IMG/VR virus record: IMGVR_UViG_3300047558_000137
Location: 1 to 64,000 of that record
DNA length: 64,000 nucleotides
Strand: one strand, 5' to 3'
A program made the position numbers and the translations under genes. Position 1 is the stretch's first letter. The number at the start of each line of letters is the position of its first letter. Positions 1-8,401 of the stretch are shown here, piece after piece. Under the pieces are notes generated by a model, which was given only the letters and a program-made list of their open reading frames with translations, was not told the origin of the DNA and did not search any database.

Positions 1-854
1 AGGGTTTGCCATTCATTGTTATGGTTATAACGGTTAGCTACCCAACAGCAAGGGAATAATAATCCCTGACTATTGATGTATAAACCTTTGTTACCAATAC
101 CACATAAGGGCACTATGGAGCCATGATTTTTGAATTTTTTATATAAAGTTTGATTAATTAATGGAATGACTGGGTGTCTGTTGGTAAAATTTACTGTTTC
201 TCGTTCAAATCTTAGTGTTGAGCTAATTAATTTTTTACTAGGTTCTAACGTATCGTCTGTGCCATAAGAAGGATATATACTTCCAAATTTTGTGCTTTTG
301 GTAAGCTGAAAGCGATCAACGCCTAAGGTCCTAGCTAGCGTTTGCATACGATCTAGCCGATCCTCGTTAAATTTAAATGCAATTGCAGCCCATACAATAG
401 TGCAACGGCTGGCAGCTCTTAGTGTTTGCAGTCCAGCAATTATACTATCGTAGTCGCTGTTAATGCGATAGATATTATTACTGTAGTTATCAAAACCATC
501 TATACTAAAATGTACGCTGTCAATGTCAGTTAGTACAGATCCTAGTTCTGTCCACCAGGCAATCTTCTTGTGTGAACCGTTGGTAATAATAACGATTTCA
601 ACGGGTTTGATGCTTTTAATGTAAGCAATTACTGCAATTAGATCGTGTGCATACACAGGATCGCCGTCGTCTCCGCAAAATGTAATTTTTTCTACGTTTG
701 TAGTAATAAATTCAGGAGTAAAGTTTTTCTTAAAGAATTCTAAGTCTAGCTCAGTATTAACAAGTCCGTCAGGAACTTCCTGTCTAGCACAACGTGGACA
801 GGCTAATGTACATTTACTACTAATTTCAATGTGCCAGTGCCAAGTTGCTAGCAT
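1..854 (-). CDS. Radical SAM protein (3' end runs off the window; absent from the ORF track)
   Basis: Manual translation from ATG at 854: MLATWHWHIEISSKCTLACPRCARQ (CxxxCxxC), TFCGDDGDP, ITNGS, FSIDG, and SPASM-like LFPCCW. Start overlaps the TAG of the upstream radical SAM gene. Confidence 0.9.
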   Translation of the reverse strand, partial: MLATWHWHIEISSKCTLACPRCARQEVPDGLVNTELDLEFFKKNFTPEFITTNVEKITFCGDDGDPVYAHDLIAVIAYIKSIKPVEIVIITNGSHKKIAWWTELGSVLTDIDSVHFSIDGFDNYSNNIYRINSDYDSIIAGLQTLRAASRCTIVWAAIAFKFNEDRLDRMQTLARTLGVDRFQLTKSTKFGSIYPSYGTDDTLEPSKKLISSTLRFERETVNFTNRHPVIPLINQTLYKKFKNHGSIVPLCGIGNKGLYINSQGLLFPCCWVANRYNHNNEWQT

Positions 855-1717
855 AGTTGTACGTTCCTTTGCCATTGTCCGGTAAAATTTGATATATTAT
901 TAACAGTACTACAGGTTTCTTTACAGACAGGGTTACACGCATCAGTATTCCACGATGCACGTACTTGCTCAAAATCGTCTATTGTTGTTGATCCGTGTCC
1001 TAGCCAACAGCAAGGATGCCATACACCACGGGCACTAAGATATAAACTTTGATCGTTATCTCTAAAACAATCAATTGCGCCTTGTTCTATAACAGGGCGT
1101 GTCCAAGACTTAGGGGGATTAAGCCATTTCACAGTGGGCACACGTTTGCTAACTTTAGCTCGAAACCAATTGAAGCCCATATCTCGTGCTAGCTGTTCGC
1201 AGGCGTCAACTTGATGTTCATTGTGTTCATAAACTAACATATCCCATTGGGCATTGCCACCGGCAGAGATAAATGTTTCTGCGTTACGCATTACCCTATC
1301 CCAACTAACGTTTTTTCGATAGATATGATTTGTGTCCTCTAAGCCGTCGATACTAAACACAACATAGTCTGTAGGTTTGTATAAGATGTTGGCTAGATTA
1401 GCCCACCAATACTGTCCTTGTAGTCCACCGTTAGTATTCATACCTAGCACAATGCTACTGTTTACTTCTCGCACATAAGAGAACATGGAAGTTACTTCGC
1501 TGTTAGCAGCCGGATCTCCGTAGTTTCCGCACATAAACAACTTGTCTAATCTATAGATTAGTTTTTCGTACAGCTTGAGGTCGTTAACAGTTAACCAGTT
1601 CTGATGTTTCTTATTAAAGTTTGCATCTGTTTCTCGAGCACAAGAAGGGCATGCCGCCTGACAAACGTCAGTTGGTTCTACGTGCAATACCCTAACTGTT
1701 TCAAACAATTTCGACAT
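848..1717 (-). CDS. Radical SAM protein with SPASM/twitch-like C-terminus
   Basis: CQAACPSC, MCGNYGDP, NTNGG, FSIDG, WHPCCW. Likely start is MSKLF at 1717; the track start 1753 overlaps the gp46 gene more deeply. Confidence 0.9.
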   Translation of the reverse strand: MSKLFETVRVLHVEPTDVCQAACPSCARETDANFNKKHQNWLTVNDLKLYEKLIYRLDKLFMCGNYGDPAANSEVTSMFSYVREVNSSIVLGMNTNGGLQGQYWWANLANILYKPTDYVVFSIDGLEDTNHIYRKNVSWDRVMRNAETFISAGGNAQWDMLVYEHNEHQVDACEQLARDMGFNWFRAKVSKRVPTVKWLNPPKSWTRPVIEQGAIDCFRDNDQSLYLSARGVWHPCCWLGHGSTTIDDFEQVRASWNTDACNPVCKETCSTVNNISNFTGQWQRNVQLC

Positions 1718-3473
1718 CAGTATTATATGTTGTAAATCCGTTTTCTTTAACAACCCGCAAAGTATTGTTTACACGTCCGGCTAGTTCATCTTTGTGAGAT
1801 ACTAGCCAAATGCTACGATGATTTTCCCTACTCATTTTCTTAAGAATGGCTAGACTGTTTTCAACACCCGAACTGTCCATGCCACTATCGACTAGCTCAT
1901 CGATGAATAGCAAGTTAATAGGTTGATACAAACTTTCCCATACGTCACGGAACGCCCAGCTTAAACTTAAAATAAGTCTATTGCGTTCACCACGTGACAA
2001 GTTGTCAAAGTCCAGGTCCCTGCCTAGTTCTGTAATGCTCACGGACAAGTCGTTATTAAACTTAACTGTATGCGGTAGTCCAATACGGTCTAAGTATTGA
2101 CCTAGTCGTGCATTTAGATAGCTTAGATTCTGATCAATAATACGTTTACGAATAAAACTATCTTTGTTAGTTAACAACTTTAGCAAGAACTCTTGGTGCT
2201 CTTTAAGATTGTTTAGTTCGTTCATTACGTCATAACTAATTTCTTCAACACCTTGTGTTTGCATTTCAGTAATTTGATCTGCGTATGGATCTTGTTCAGC
2301 TTCTTTTGCTGATAGCTGTGCAAGTATACTGGCCATGCTTGAACGATGCTCAAATGCATCTGACTCTTGATCATAGAACACCTGCGGTTGTGGCCCCAGT
2401 TCGCCTAGCTCTTTAAGAGCATCAGTATGTTCCATCCACTGTGTGTTTGTTGCTAGTGCTTGTAATGCGGCTTCCTGTAATGCCTGGCGTTTTTCCTCTA
2501 GCAACGTTATCTGTTTATCATCGTGGAACGCTTGTCCACAACTATGACAAGTGTGATTTTCTAGTGATTCTATGTCAGCCTTAAGTTTAGCAATTTCTTT
2601 GTTTTCACGGGCTTCGTCTAGTTCACAGCGTTTAATCCAGGTGTTTAGATCTTTAATCTGCTTTGCTTTTTCATTGTAGCGAGTTAATGCAAGATGTGCA
2701 TCAAGTTCAGCTTCGATATCTATGTGAGCAAGTTGATCATAAGCCGCTTGCAACGCTGCAACATCGTCAGTCTTTTTTGTGTTCCATAAATTCTGGCGTC
2801 GTAAGAGTGCATCAATTTGATCCTGTATACGTTTGTTAGCATCGCCAACAGCTTTAATTCGAAATTCTTCTCTAGTGATTTCTTCTTTAGTTTTCTTAAT
2901 TAATTCTTTTAGGGCTTCTGCTTTTTCACTAAGCATAGTAATGCCTAGTAACTGCTCGATAATAGTGCGTTGATCGTTTGCTTTTAATGCTAGGAACGGC
3001 TCAGTATAAGTGTTAAGTGCAACAACGTGCTTGAACATGTCGTGGCTCATGCCCAACATACGTTCAATCTCTGCCTGTGTTTCTCTGCTGTCGCCCTGTG
3101 CATCGTCTGTAATTTCTTTTTCGTTGCCTGCCACCCAGAACTTCATAATGCCAGGTTTACGACCACGTTCAATCTTATAATCGATGCCGTCTTTTTCAAA
3201 ATCAATAGTAACCAACATGTTTTTAGCATTGGTCTTATTGATTAAGTTATCTTTCTTAATGTTAGTAAGGGCGTTGCCGTAAAGGGCATAGGATAAGGCA
3301 TTAATAATAGTTGTCTTGCCCGTACCGTTACGTGCTCCGCTGTCGTCGCCCCCAAGATCTAAGTTTTCGCCTAGTACTAGCGTTAAGTCGTTACGATCAA
3401 AGTTAACAGCCTGCGTGGCATTGCCCACGCTCATAAAGTTCTTCACGGTTAAATCTTTGATCTTGAAACTCAT
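1701..3473 (-). CDS. gp46: Recombination endonuclease ATPase subunit (T4 gp46 / SbcC / Rad50-like)
   Basis: Walker A NGTGKT, zinc hook CHSC in a coiled coil, signature LSRGE, Walker B LLFIDE, H-loop VSH. Confidence 0.95.
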   Translation of the reverse strand: MSFKIKDLTVKNFMSVGNATQAVNFDRNDLTLVLGENLDLGGDDSGARNGTGKTTIINALSYALYGNALTNIKKDNLINKTNAKNMLVTIDFEKDGIDYKIERGRKPGIMKFWVAGNEKEITDDAQGDSRETQAEIERMLGMSHDMFKHVVALNTYTEPFLALKANDQRTIIEQLLGITMLSEKAEALKELIKKTKEEITREEFRIKAVGDANKRIQDQIDALLRRQNLWNTKKTDDVAALQAAYDQLAHIDIEAELDAHLALTRYNEKAKQIKDLNTWIKRCELDEARENKEIAKLKADIESLENHTCHSCGQAFHDDKQITLLEEKRQALQEAALQALATNTQWMEHTDALKELGELGPQPQVFYDQESDAFEHRSSMASILAQLSAKEAEQDPYADQITEMQTQGVEEISYDVMNELNNLKEHQEFLLKLLTNKDSFIRKRIIDQNLSYLNARLGQYLDRIGLPHTVKFNNDLSVSITELGRDLDFDNLSRGERNRLILSLSWAFRDVWESLYQPINLLFIDELVDSGMDSSGVENSLAILKKMSRENHRSIWLVSHKDELAGRVNNTLRVVKENGFTTYNTDVEIV

Positions 3474-4063
3474 TTTTTATACTGCCTCATTAAATTTTCT
3501 TTCCATGGTAACATTCTTAAGTTTGTAATTTGTGCAGCTTGCTCAATCGTCCAACCTTGTTCAAAGCATTCTTTGATTGGTACAATATGATCCAACTGCC
3601 ACCCGCCTTCTACACCGCACAAGGTCCTTGGATGCAACTCCGGATTAATGGTATCAATATTTTGGGCATAGATCTTTTGGCTTAGTCCGTGTACTTGTCG
3701 AGAATATCGGCTATATTCCTTAGACAACGGGTTTCTAATTTTCCTAGTTCCTATGCCCTTCTTTGCTACATTAGCGGTACGCTGCTGACATGAATGTGAA
3801 CAGAATTTTTTCTTAGAGGCTTGACCAACAGTAAACTCGTTTTCGCACTCTCTGCCAATACATGCTCGAGTTACTTGCCGCATTTTCTTTGGATTCGCTT
3901 TGCCGGGTTTTGCACCAACTGCTAACTGTACGTTAAGCGACTTTCTAGCTCGATACACCGTTTGCGGATGAATATTGAGAATCTTTCCAATTTCTGCTGC
4001 GGTAAGCAACGGGTTGCATATTAATTTAAGCTCTTCTGTAGTGTACACTCTTGCGGTAGCCAT
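3470..4063 (-). mobile_element. Free-standing HNH homing endonuclease-like gene between gp47 and gp46
   Basis: N-terminal HTH-like segment, C-x4-C...FCSHSC zinc-ribbon-like motif, C-terminal WQLDHIVP...NLRMLPWKEN HNH motif; splits a normally adjacent gene pair. Confidence 0.8.
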
Positions 4064-4087
4064 AGTAAACTCCTTTGGAGTATTTAC
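4061..4087 (-). promoter_or_regulatory. Late-promoter-like GTAAATA inside a hairpin that sequesters the HNH gene's Shine-Dalgarno sequence
   Basis: Minus strand reads GTAAATACTCC-AAA-GGAGTTTAC-T-ATG: 9-bp stem with a 2-nt bulge, and GGAG lies in the 3' arm. Confidence 0.7.
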
Positions 4088-4118
4088 CGATTAACAGTTA
4101 TATCTTTTATTTTAAACA

Positions 4119-5135
4119 TTAGAGGTTTCTATAGATATCTAATAATAGGTTCTTATTGAACTTGTCGCTTTCAATGCTACTTAACTGCCCAGCAACAATT
4201 TGATCTACGCTTTCAAATGCAATATTGCCTTGTATTTCATAGTCGGTTAAGTCAGTTACTTTAGCAGGGATAAGTGTAATTTCACGTAGTTTGTATGTAT
4301 CAATAAATGTTTCTTTAATAAACGTTGCTTCTTCGTAGCTGATATCAATGTCAATGTTTACACGGCAATGCATGCCTGGCTGCAACATAGATTCTGTATG
4401 TGTAACAACATCACTTAGATTAAACACACGGTACTTGGGTTGATCGGGCCATGCATGATATTCAGGTTCCTTGCCCCACTCTAAGATACAGAGTCCGCGA
4501 TCATCGTCGCCGGCATCGGCATAATTGTGTGGGAAGCAATTACCAATGTAAGTTACATTACGTTTTGTTTGTCGCTTGTGAAAATGTCCAGTGAACACAT
4601 GCTCAAAGCCTTGCAGTGCATCTACACTCATCTCGCCATGCTCGGGCATAGCAACCATTGCATTCATTAGGTATCCGGGCAGCTCAAAGTGCCCAAACAT
4701 GTATTTGCCTTTTAGTTTAGCCAGGCGTTTATGGTCGTCGCCCACAAGCCAAGGAGCAATAACCACATTACCCTGATCAAACCAGTCGTTACAGATCTGT
4801 ACGTTGGGGAGATGTTTGGCCCATTCAACACTCTGGATATCTCTTTTATCGCGATAATAGAGATCGTGGTTACCAGGAATAAAGTAGACCCTATCAAAAT
4901 TTCCATTTAAATGCTCCAGAGCCTTAAGGCTATAGTTAAGTGTAACAATATTAATGTTAGCACGATTGTTGTGCCAGTCGCCGAGAAACAGTGCTGTTTC
5001 GCAGCCTTCTTCTCGTGCTTTGGCTGTTGCCCACTTAACAAAGTTTAGGCAATCGTCGTTGTGCAGTGTGCTGTTAGATTTTAGGCCGAAATGTATATCA
5101 GTAAAGATAGCCGCTTTGCGGAATAGGTTAGTCAT
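4119..5135 (-). CDS. gp47: Recombination endonuclease nuclease subunit (T4 gp47 / SbcD / Mre11-like)
   Basis: Phosphoesterase motifs DIH, GD, GNHD, GHF, GHFH. Confidence 0.95.
   Translation of the reverse strand: MTNLFRKAAIFTDIHFGLKSNSTLHNDDCLNFVKWATAKAREEGCETALFLGDWHNNRANINIVTLNYSLKALEHLNGNFDRVYFIPGNHDLYYRDKRDIQSVEWAKHLPNVQICNDWFDQGNVVIAPWLVGDDHKRLAKLKGKYMFGHFELPGYLMNAMVAMPEHGEMSVDALQGFEHVFTGHFHKRQTKRNVTYIGNCFPHNYADAGDDDRGLCILEWGKEPEYHAWPDQPKYRVFNLSDVVTHTESMLQPGMHCRVNIDIDISYEEATFIKETFIDTYKLREITLIPAKVTDLTDYEIQGNIAFESVDQIVAGQLSSIESDKFNKNLLLDIYRNL
4712..4906 (-). CDS. Putative nested +1-frame 64-aa two-TM protein inside gp47
   Basis: GGAG 7 nt before ATG, preceded directly by TAA; two hydrophobic segments. 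Confidence 0.5.
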   Translation of the reverse strand: MEILIGSTLFLVTTISIIAIKEISRVLNGPNISPTYRSVTTGLIRVMWLLLLGLWATTINAWLN

Positions 5136-5190
5136 TGTTATAGTTTACACGAGTTAGTATTCGTTGAGCAAGAGCCTGGCCGCTCAAAGG

Positions 5191-6108
5191 TCATGCAAGG
5201 TGATCAAAGTTTCGTATAACATGGCAGTTCATATTTTGTAAATGAACTAAACAACGGTTAGCTAACTGATCAAATTTTCTAGTAAAGTTAGCGTCAAATA
5301 GTTCTCTAGCCTCGTTGTAGTTTTTAACTAGACGTTTTTTGTCGTATGCAATGGCTTGGTGTGTAGTTAAATGTTGGTGTTTGATTAAGTCCGAAAATTC
5401 AATTATATAAACATTTAGGGTCGGGAAGTGAGTCCTAAAATGGCACATACTATTCCAGGTTGATTTAATTATTTCCACCATTCTTTCCATATCGCTAGCA
5501 GTAATCTCAAACGGAGGTAAACTCTCCCAATCAACATCATCAAAATAGTGATAGTAATCAAATTGGAGACAGATTTGATTACTAACAAACCAATCCCACC
5601 AATTTTTTCTGTATACAAAATAGATATCAGGCATGCTACGAGTTATTAGATCGTAAAAAATTTTATCATCATCGTGTAACCAATAATGATCACATGGAAT
5701 ATCTCTGGGATTCCACCTGCGGTCCTTAAGATAATCAAAGTGACGGTACAATATTGATTCTAAAAATACTGTGCCGCTCCGGGCTACGTGTATAACTTGC
5801 GCTTTAGGCGAACGTGGTTGCGAACCAAATTCAAGATTACGTATTAACAAATGATCTGCATCGCACCACTTGGGACTAACAAAATCTGTGTCTAGCTGGT
5901 AAAGACTTTTGTAAGTTTCTCCAGATACAGAGGTTAAATCTGTAACAGAGTCGGGTGGTATTTCCCACACAGCATCAAAGTTCTGAATAAACGGATTTTT
6001 GGGCCACTTGCCCCCAAACTCTGATTCAAACATGTGATGCCCGGGAAACTGAGATTGGATCCACTCTCTTTCGCCCGGAACATCCTGTGTAAAAATAATT
6101 TTATTCAT
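5191..6108 (-). CDS. Sulfotransferase/P-loop-like hypothetical protein
   Basis: HVARSGTVFLESIL resembles the 5'-PSB loop; YRKNWWDWFVS resembles the 3'-PB motif. ATG at 6108 overlaps the stop of the sigma gene. Confidence 0.5.
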   Translation of the reverse strand: MNKIIFTQDVPGEREWIQSQFPGHHMFESEFGGKWPKNPFIQNFDAVWEIPPDSVTDLTSVSGETYKSLYQLDTDFVSPKWCDADHLLIRNLEFGSQPRSPKAQVIHVARSGTVFLESILYRHFDYLKDRRWNPRDIPCDHYWLHDDDKIFYDLITRSMPDIYFVYRKNWWDWFVSNQICLQFDYYHYFDDVDWESLPPFEITASDMERMVEIIKSTWNSMCHFRTHFPTLNVYIIEFSDLIKHQHLTTHQAIAYDKKRLVKNYNEARELFDANFTRKFDQLANRCLVHLQNMNCHVIRNFDHLA

Positions 6109-6976
6109 CGGAATCGTAGTGTCCGCCACCAAAGCCCATGCCTTGTCTAGTGTACGACGGATTAAGGTTGTTCATTTCAAGTATGTCATCACGAAGGTTT
6201 TGGTTACGTTTTTCAATGTTAAGAACTCGTGTAAAACTATTAGTGATCGCGGCAGTATAATAGGCAAATGGGTTCTGTGACTTTGATTCATCAAACTGCA
6301 AACCAATCTGTGATAACTGCAATAAAGCCTGACTACGCATTTCATCATTGTAAGTATACCCTCGCCAGTTCGATCTTGTTGCATAACGCTCGCACAGCTT
6401 CATAAACATGTGTGCTAGTTTGTTAGTCATTTTACCATGTTCGCGGCTAAAATGCCCTGTATCCAATTCTCCGACCCAGTGACTCTTGCCAACTAATACT
6501 GGTTCACCTGCTTCATTTACACGATAATGTTGGAATGGTGGGAAGTTGCATTTAACGTATTTGGTATTGTTAGAAATATCAATTTCGCTATCGTCATCAT
6601 ACTCGCTAGTGGGCAGGCCTTCTTCTTCCATAGCTTTCAATGCAGCCTTTCGACTTTTAGCATCGTCGACAGGAATATGGTCCCAAGTCATAACTCGAAA
6701 TACTACATCAGTGTCGGGTACGTCTTTAAGTTTGATTTCGAACTCATCTAGTTTACGCTTTGTGCCATCTGCTGTTGCAGCTTCATGCGCTAACTTTGCT
6801 AGGCGTTCTGCACGATTTTGTCGAGCTTCTTTGATGTTCTTTTTGTTTATTTTGCTAACATCAGGAAGAATGATATCATAATCAGCATCTTCTGGGTTAG
6901 AATATTTGCAATAAGTGTTTTTGCTTTTGTGAATTTCTTTAAGAATGTCTTTGTTGTTAAGATAGTTGTAACGCAC
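6101..6976 (-). CDS. gp55: Late-transcription sigma factor (T4 gp55-like)
   Basis: NYLNNKDILKEI N-terminus; NWRGYTYNDEM...FDESKSQNPFAYYTAAITNSF...EKRNQ matches the gp55 pattern. GTG start with AAGGA Shine-Dalgarno. Confidence 0.85.
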   Translation of the reverse strand: MRYNYLNNKDILKEIHKSKNTYCKYSNPEDADYDIILPDVSKINKKNIKEARQNRAERLAKLAHEAATADGTKRKLDEFEIKLKDVPDTDVVFRVMTWDHIPVDDAKSRKAALKAMEEEGLPTSEYDDDSEIDISNNTKYVKCNFPPFQHYRVNEAGEPVLVGKSHWVGELDTGHFSREHGKMTNKLAHMFMKLCERYATRSNWRGYTYNDEMRSQALLQLSQIGLQFDESKSQNPFAYYTAAITNSFTRVLNIEKRNQNLRDDILEMNNLNPSYTRQGMGFGGGHYDSDE

Positions 6977-6998
6977 TATTGTTCCTTGCTCTGTAGGT

Positions 6999-7028
6999 AT
7001 AGTAACATATTTACATTACACTAGTCAA
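6999..7028 (-). promoter_or_regulatory. Sigma70-type promoter for the gp55-like gene
   Basis: TTGACT-N18-TACTAT with extended TGn on the minus strand. Confidence 0.6.
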
Positions 7029-7072
7029 GCCTTTCTAAAACTAAAACATTAAATACCCAGTTTTTGACAGCA

Positions 7073-7079
7073 ATAAATA
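7073..7079 (+). promoter_or_regulatory. Putative late promoter (ATAAATA) heading the baseplate operon
   Basis: T4-late-like motif about 20 nt before ATG 7100; same motif at 12508, 12915, 27305, 34320 and GTAAATA at 61659. Confidence 0.6.
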
Positions 7080-7099
7080 CAGTATAAATTAGGATCTTT

Positions 7100-8101
7100 A
7101 TGCCAGTATTACCAAATTCTCCAATGCCATCGGGCTACGACACATCATCGTCTGTAACCTCACAAATTGGATCTGCATTTAAGTCTAGTTTCCTTGGTGC
7201 AGTGGGGCTAAGTTCTGCTAGTGGTCGTCAAAGTACAGCAGATATGTTTCAGTATAGCAAACGTACATCAGGTCCGGTTACACCAGCGTATAACACAAAC
7301 TTTGCCAGCAATGATTGGCGTGTTAGGATTAGTTTAGCCCCTAACAGTAAGTATTTTTACAATGACCCAAATAATAAACTGTTAAGCCCATTAGTAAAAG
7401 AAATTGGTGGCGGGTCAACAGATCCTATTGCTAGTGGTGCAATTAACCTGTTTGGCCTAGGTGGTTCTGAGTTCAGACGCATTGGTGTTGTGTTTCCATA
7501 CACTCCACAATTAGCAATCACACACGCAGCTAACTATAGCCCACAGAAACTAACACACAACAACTATGCCAACTACTTCTATGATAACTCAGAAGTGCAG
7601 GCTATCACTATTAGTGGTGAGTTTACAGTACAGAACGTTAACGAAGGACAATATCTTCTAGCAAGTGTTTACTTCTTTAGAAGTGTAACAAAAATGTTTT
7701 TTGGAAATGACCCATTGGCTGGCAATCCTCCCCCGATGGTTTATCTAAACGGTTACGGGCAGTACTATTTGCCTAACGTACCATGTGTAGTTACAAACTT
7801 TACTCACACTATGCCGGCAGAAGTTGACTATATGGATATTCCTGAGCCTGCTGCAATTTACGATCCTAGAATAAACAACTATCGACTAAACAACACTCGT
7901 TTACCTACTAGTAGTACAATGAGTGTTACATTGCAACCAGTCTACAGCAGAAAGAGTCAAAGCCAGAGCTTTAGCCTCAATGATTTTGCACGAGGGGCAT
8001 TGGTTAATGCGCCCGGTAGTGCTAAACCTTCAAGTGCATTTGGTGCAACACAACCAATGATTACTAGTAACGGTCCTAAACCTAATGGCGGATTTATCTA
8101 A
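7100..8101 (+). CDS. Baseplate tail-tube initiator/cap protein (gp48/gp54-like)
   Basis: VFPYTP, ITISGEFT and GNPPP..YLNGYG...PCVVTNF tube-fold pattern; first gene of the baseplate operon. Confidence 0.6.
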   Translation: MPVLPNSPMPSGYDTSSSVTSQIGSAFKSSFLGAVGLSSASGRQSTADMFQYSKRTSGPVTPAYNTNFASNDWRVRISLAPNSKYFYNDPNNKLLSPLVKEIGGGSTDPIASGAINLFGLGGSEFRRIGVVFPYTPQLAITHAANYSPQKLTHNNYANYFYDNSEVQAITISGEFTVQNVNEGQYLLASVYFFRSVTKMFFGNDPLAGNPPPMVYLNGYGQYYLPNVPCVVTNFTHTMPAEVDYMDIPEPAAIYDPRINNYRLNNTRLPTSSTMSVTLQPVYSRKSQSQSFSLNDFARGALVNAPGSAKPSSAFGATQPMITSNGPKPNGGFI

Positions 8102-8400
8102 TGTCTACATATTCTAAAACAAGTTTTTATAACGGCACCGGAACATGGGGCCCGTTCTTGGATATATGGGAAGGTAAAACAATACCCGCAGATGTCACTG
8201 ATGCTCTATATCAAATTGATAGTGCATACGATCAACGTCCCGATTTATTGGCGTACGACATGTATCAAGACTCAAATTTGTGGTGGGTATTTGCAATACG
8301 AAATCCAGACATTCTAATAGATCCGCTAATGAGTTTCAGAACTGGCACAATAATATATGTCCCAACAAAAGCTGTAGTAACCGCTGCTCTAGGATTATAA
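8101..8400 (+). CDS. gp53: Baseplate wedge protein (gp53/LysM-like)
   Basis: RPDLLAYDMYQDSNLWWVFAIRN motif. Confidence 0.75.
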   Translation: MSTYSKTSFYNGTGTWGPFLDIWEGKTIPADVTDALYQIDSAYDQRPDLLAYDMYQDSNLWWVFAIRNPDILIDPLMSFRTGTIIYVPTKAVVTAALGL

Positions 8401-8401
8401 T

